This document shows positions 56,600 through 64,000 of a DNA stretch of 64,000 bases, piece by piece. This DNA is from Octopus vulgaris (taxonomy: Eukaryota), in the NCBI GenBank assembly GCA_951406725.2, contig OX597832.1, positions 34,348,001-34,412,000 of the forward strand. Reading direction: 5' to 3'. Positions within the stretch are counted from its first letter, which is position 1. Each line of letters begins with the position of its first letter. Position numbers and translations under genes: made by a program. The notes below the pieces were generated by a model, which ran no database searches, was not told the origin of the DNA, and was given only the letters and a program-made list of their open reading frames with translations.

Positions 56600-57130
56600 C
56601 CAAAACATTAGATTTTCCACTCCTCACGACACGTTCGCAGTAGTGTCTTTATCAGTTTTACAACATAAGTCTTGACAACACAGAACAACTCCAGCCTCAG
56701 TGGAGTTTCTTTGTACATTTGTACATACATCAATAGCAGCAAACAACCAAAGACTTTAAAGAAGATCTTCACAAATGCTAAATTATTCTCAAGTATAACG
56801 GACACAAGAGTAAAAAATTATGGTCCTAACTTCGGAACATATCTCAAGCTTTTGGAAGGATTAGAATTCCATTTTAGACAAAGGCAAAAATTCAAAGTTA
56901 AATCCAACTTTACTTGCCCCTCTGAAAAGGTTGTTTATGTAATCAGATGTTCGAGCTACAGTAAAAGCTATATAGAATCGACAGGAATGTCGATCAGACG
57001 AAGATGTACAGTCCGCAGACAACAAATATCCTCCTATTACATCAATTTGCTACTTGCGCCTCAACACAAGTACAACTAAATAAAGAGGCCTCATTTATCG
57101 AAAAATATAAACAGGAGTTAAATATAAACC
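56600..57130 (+). pseudogene. Penelope-like GIY-YIG endonuclease remnant
   Basis: KFKVKSNFTCPSEKVVYVIRCSSYSKSYIESTGMSIRRRCTVRRQQI. Confidence 0.65.
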
Positions 57131-57441
57131 CATATTAAAAATTAAAGAATCATCCCAACTATTGTAAGAATTTAATGTAGGCCAATATTAAAAATTACAG
57201 ATTTACCACCCTGCTTTACTGAAAAATACCTTGGTTACTAATTATCACCCCCTAGCAAACAAAATGTCTAATTCAGAATTTCATCTAAAACTCAAAATTT
57301 GAAAAGCGTTAGCAAAACCGGTTATTATGTTGGAAGAAAAAGATCCTATTTTGTAAAATATTGTATAATACTTTTTCTATGATGATTCTAATATATTTTT
57401 TAGCCTTTTAAAACAAATCTTAGTTTTTTCATCTTATTTCT

Positions 57442-57489
<48 letters not shown>

Positions 57490-58526
57490 GATATCGGGAA
57501 TTAAGGGGTTTGAATAAGAGTTTCACTCGTCCAGCAGCTGTTTCTCTGGGCTCGGTGGTTCAAAATAATAATTGTAAATAGAAAATTAAACGTGGGAAGA
57601 GTAAGTGGGGTAGATAAAATGTAGTGGTGGATGAAGTGGATATATACGCATAAGAATAGGAAGGAGGAAAGGAAACGAGCTGAAGAAAACACATTGAAGG
57701 AGAAGAAGGAGGAGAAAACGAAAAATGAGAAGAAAGAATAGAATATATATAGTCCGATTGAACGGATGAAAGCACTAATAAGCATTTCTAGTTCTACCGT
57801 TAATTCCAGCTTTATTCTTACATACCATGCAGTTTTCATAAGTGCATAGAGGGTGCTTGTGTTGACAAGAACACGGCATACACGGGAGAAACATCTTGAA
57901 GTATTGCAGAGAGATTAAATAAACACTTGAGGCAATATGATGCCAAAAACAGTCCTCCATACTCTACCAACATGCTAAAGGCCAACATGCCAAAGACCTA
58001 CATGATGACACACTGGGCCGAAGCTCCCGAAGGACCCACCAGTCAGACAAAAGCAGGAGTACGTACTCATAAATGAAACGACGTAGAAGGTAGTGATACT
58101 CCAATACCCACAGAATTTACTTACATAAATGCATTTATACCAAATCAAATGCTCTACATTTTAAATTGATGTAATGAAATGATTGCATTGTTCAATTAAA
58201 TGGAGTTGCATAAAACGATCGTACTGCATTACCTCTGGATAGCCTTGTTGCTTATTTTGATTTTAATCACCTTATTTTGAAATTGTATGGATAATACCGT
58301 ACTAAATTCTAGTGCCTCAACGTAAGTACCATATTCATCTGCATCTCTCTCTGTGTGTCTCTCTCTTTCTCTCTCTCTATATATATACATATATATATAT
58401 ATAAACAGTAACATAGGCAATATGTTCCTGTATACATTACATTGATACATTATAAATACAGAATATACCGATATAGCTATATGCATACATATATATATGT
58501 ATGTATGCATGTATAAAAATTCATAA

Positions 58527-58569
<43 letters not shown>

Positions 58570-58579
58570 TAAAATATGT

Positions 58580-58631
<52 letters not shown>

Positions 58632-59859
58632 TGATATGTACATATCTATATTTTTCAAATTTTTATTTTTTATAATCAAATAAGAAGAAATTTACTATAC
58701 TAGCTTTCAATTTAACATTCATAGATGACTAAAACAAAACTTCACTGCAAACTTGAAATTGGAATTTTTTTCTAAAATTAATCTAGCTTTAAAATTAATA
58801 AGGTTTCCCCCATTGAAAAAATACTATGCCTACTCATAATAATAAGTGACAGGTTTTTTTCCCCCACCTTTTTTTCTCTAAATTACATTCTCGGTGAATG
58901 GGATTAGGACCATTTGACATTGACCTAGTTTCTCTCACCAAATAGCAGTAATTGGCATTTGTTAGTGACAATTGCTGTCTTCAACATGAATTCCTTTTAT
59001 GGAGTTCTGAAACCTCCTTTACCCCATTTCTACAATTAAAAAATCTTTATTGCTTCTAACCTTACAGCAGTTAGGAACAACCATATCTTAGTCAGTCAGT
59101 GGAAGGACTTCACTACCTCATATGTTCTTGAAATTTAAATCCACATCTTTGTCTGTATATCTACCTTCTCTATAATGTTGCCACTTGATTTGAAAATTTT
59201 TGTATTAATGGAAAACCTCTATAATTGGCTAATGAGTACTCAGCATCTTAAATCTGTTGTAATACTTACAATATTTAATAAAATGATGTAGTACGAAACG
59301 ATCGTACCAAATTACCGGAGTTATTCTTGCTGCTTATTTTGAGTATATACATTGATATATATGCACGTATATATGTATGTATATATTGCACGTATGTTTG
59401 CTAATGTCTTCATAAATATGCAGTCATTCATTATATTTTATTTTTCGCTCATCTGCATGCAATCATTTGGTCCCAGCAATTTCAAACACCCAGTCCCTGG
59501 GGTCAAATATGGCGGATTTTTACTTTTATGCCTCGTTGTCTGCTGCTGTCTTTGTTTCCTATTTTTCTCTTGCTGTTTTTGTTATTTATCTGATATTCCC
59601 GTTCTCTTATTTCTTCATCTTATTGTAATTTGTGTATATATGTGCGTGTGTAGATGTGTTTGATTGTGTGTACGTTTGCATGTACACATTTGTGTGTGTA
59701 CATAGACAAGTGTCTTCGTGTATGTAAATATATAAAGCTGTTGTGAGAAATGGGATCTTTTTATTGCTTGCACTTATTAGCACGTAAATATATATACATG
59801 CACAAATAGTACATACACATACATACACGCAAGCATGCGCGGGCGCGCACACACACACG

Positions 59860-59895
<36 letters not shown>

Positions 59896-60179
59896 CACAT
59901 GCATTGAAACATTAAAGTGTATGAGTGCCTGTGAAATGGAGTATATGTCTGATTATTTCATGCTTCTATATGCTCATTGATATGTACACACACACACACA
60001 TATATATATTCATTTGGTGACCGCTGAAGTTAGAAAGCTAGAAAGATCTGCTGTGTATCTGTGTTTCTTTCTCTTTCGTTCCGCCATCTCACTCCTTGTC
60101 ACGTGCACAAAGACATACAAACGCACGCACGCACACACGCACGCACACACGCACGCACAGATATATATATATGTATATG

Positions 60180-60258
60180 TGTTATATATATATTATATAT
60201 ATTATATATAATATATATATATAATATATATATAATATATATATATAATATATATATT

Positions 60259-60302
<44 letters not shown>

Positions 60303-60560
60303 TATATATATATAATATATATTATATATAATACATATATATAATATATATTATATATAATATATATATATAATATATATATATAATGTATATAATATAT
60401 ATATATATAATATATAATATATATATAATATATATATATAATATATATATATAATATATATATATATAATATATATATATAATATATATATAATATATAT
60501 ATATAATATATATATAATATATATATATAATATATATATATAGACATATACATGCATATG

Positions 60561-60609
<49 letters not shown>

Positions 60610-60610
60610 A
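60180..60610. repeat. Compound (TA)n/(TATAA) and (TG)n microsatellite
   Basis: Direct inspection. Confidence 0.9.
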
Positions 60611-61594
60611 TGCATGTGTGTATGTATGTATGCATCTCTGTATGTATGTATGTGGCTTTATTCAGATAAAGGACGTTAAGAACCAATTTCCCGCCTCATA
60701 ATTGAGTTTGGCGGACGGAAAACGTAATCGACATTATCAATATTGCCATAATAATGATGATGATGATGGCGATGATGATGATTAAAAACGACAACGTTAA
60801 TATGAAGGTAATAATCAGCATCATCATCATCATCATCATCATTATTGTTATTCAGTCATAAAAATTTAGTCACGTCTGTCACCTTACTTCACCGAAACAC
60901 TCGTCAATTATTCATTGTTGCCACTGTCGGTGATTGTATTGGTTTCTTTGTAACACCAAATTACAATGTAGGGATGACTATGACCAGAATTTAGAGTGGT
61001 GGTCATAGATAACTTGTACTCACAACCATTACCACTACAACCCACATTGCTTTACCGCCACCAACAACACCAACGCCATTCCAACACTACCAACAACACC
61101 ACCACTAACATTACCATCACCACCACCAACAACAACAACCACCACTACTATCCCCACCCCAGTGACTGATGAAAAGTGGTGGTGATGGTGGTATGTAAAG
61201 TTGTATCGTCATAAATTTTGATATCAACTGCAACGCCTCGAGGCATGCTTCTATATATTATAGGTCCCTTAATTTGACACAAGGGATAATTATGAGGTTA
61301 TTGATTAAGTAAAGGAGTCAATTATATCGACCCGTTATCTGTTGATTCCCTAATGAGTTTACTGAAATCCTGACACAGTAGATGTGCTGCGATTTCACTA
61401 ATTAAAAATTGTTGGTATTGTGTCTGTAGATTAAACAACAGATTTGTGAAATAGCTAACTATACATCGTTTCCACTCAGGCGCACTCGACTGATTCCATA
61501 TCTTTCCTCTGCCGTCCTTACACCTGAAATGCCATGCGAAACACTTCACCATGTCTTTCTTTTCTAGATTTCCCATACACTGAAATAACTCTTC

Positions 61595-61716
61595 TCCATA
61601 AGGCCAATAATTTCGAGGGAGGGAGATGAGTCCATTATTCCGACCTCAGTAGTCAACTGGTACTTATTTTATCGTCCACGAAAGGATGAAAGGCGAAATC
61701 AACCTTGGCAGAATTT
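61595..61716 (-). mobile_element. SINE family B 3' fragment
   Basis: ctggtacttattttatcgtccacgaaaggatgaaaggcgaaatcaaccttggcagaattt. Confidence 0.6.
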
Positions 61717-62820
61717 GAAAATCTTCCTATGTTCAATGGATTTGCTAAAAGTAACAGCAACATCTCCCTCAAATTACAATCTCAACCTGCCGTCTTCAAA
61801 AATAGAAAGTATCATTGAACAACTTTTTTATAAAGAATTGAGCCAAGATGGCCATGGCTGGAGAGCTACTGATCATAGATATCTCGAACAAACGATGCTA
61901 GTTTGTTTTCATCCCCACAGTTTAGCAGGTCAGCAAAGAGACCGATATCATAGTCACCAAGCTTATAAATATAAGTTCTGTGTTGGAGGGGGTTGATTTA
62001 TTCACTCAAAACTCATCAGTGAAGTGTTCCAGATTGGCTGCAATCTTAATGATTGAAACCAGTAAAAAATAGAAATAACCTGAACATCAGTCAAGAAGTG
62101 TTTACGAAAATGGCACCGTCTACTTTCAAAACAATATTCTAGGGAAGGACTGAACCCAGATCGGCAAGTTTACTTAACACTCATCGTTTTTCAAAATATC
62201 GTTGCTGTTTAAGTAGTGATTCATGTGACCGCTAGAAATATGTGCCCAGCAAATTAATAAAACTAATAAACATGTATTCTGTTAAAAGGTACCAAATACT
62301 CCATCAGTTTACGGTCAAATTGTTCTGATGTATTACTTGATACAAATGCATATAAAGTATATACACACGCACACATGAACAGGCAGACGAATAGAGAGAT
62401 AGACAGAGAAATAGAGAAACAGAGAGAGAGAGAGAGAGATACAAGTGTAAATTGAATACTCGCGGAAGAATGGTTCCTACTAGAAGCATCGAAAAGTGAT
62501 GTTGTAGTGTTCAACAAAGTCCTATACATTGAAACAGTAATTACTGCCTTTATTTTTAAATCACGTACAAGTTGGAAACAGATAATGTCTAACGCATTAA
62601 AAGCATATAACACAAATATAGCAAACGAATTAAGAGACGCAGATTTAGCTGCGTGGTTAAGAAGTTCACTTCAATAGTTTTGTTCCGCATTCGATTCTAC
62701 TTCAAGTTGGCATTTTACGCAAATGTCTTTTTCTGCAGCCTTGCGGTGGCCAACAGCTTTCATGTCAAATAATATGACAAATAGAAATTCTAGGAAAGCG
62801 TGTGCCACACACACACTCAC

Positions 62821-62851
<31 letters not shown>

Positions 62852-63073
62852 GTGCGTGTGTGTGTGCGTGTGTGCGTGTGTGTGTTTAATCAGTAGGCTA
62901 TATTGTTTGACATCGAATAGGCAAAAACGAACGTTCGAGATTTCCTTATTGTTAGTCTTATAGATTTTTTTTGCTGTTATTGTTGCTCTGACGAAATAAC
63001 ACAACCGCTGCTGCTTCTGCTGTTGAGATAAACATCGAAGATTCTCTGTTTTACTTTGACTCTTTCCCTACGA

Positions 63074-64000
<927 letters not shown>

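Overview
Repeat-dense, AT-rich animal genomic DNA, most likely an octopod cephalopod judging by the SINE families and microsatellite load (inference). No host protein-coding exon could be supported. The window is dominated by non-LTR retrotransposons embedded in long (TA)n arrays: two CR1-group LINEs with intact APE+RT ORF2 (LINE-A 10597-14253, 5'-truncated; LINE-B 16521-22214, apparently full length), plus two more truncated insertions also flanked by (TA)n. The most notable signal is a coherent (TA)n-associated LINE/SINE system. (i) Both ORF1s carry CCCH zinc fingers, and LINE-B ORF1 also has an N-terminal Myb/SANT-like domain. (ii) ORF2 overlaps ORF1 in the -1 frame at a U-rich slippery site embedded in a hairpin shared by both families, and LINE-A ORF2 has no AUG before its endonuclease. 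(iii) A covarying two-hairpin 3' element is shared by three LINE families and by an abundant tRNA-derived SINE. (iv) That SINE also sits in (TA)n and carries an internal TA/CA microsatellite. Also present: a decayed rDNA fragment (18S 3' end-ITS1-5.8S), RTE, R4/Dong-like and Penelope remnants, hammerhead-like motifs, a second (TAA)n-associated SINE family, MITEs, and fold-back inverted duplications centred on TA tracts.
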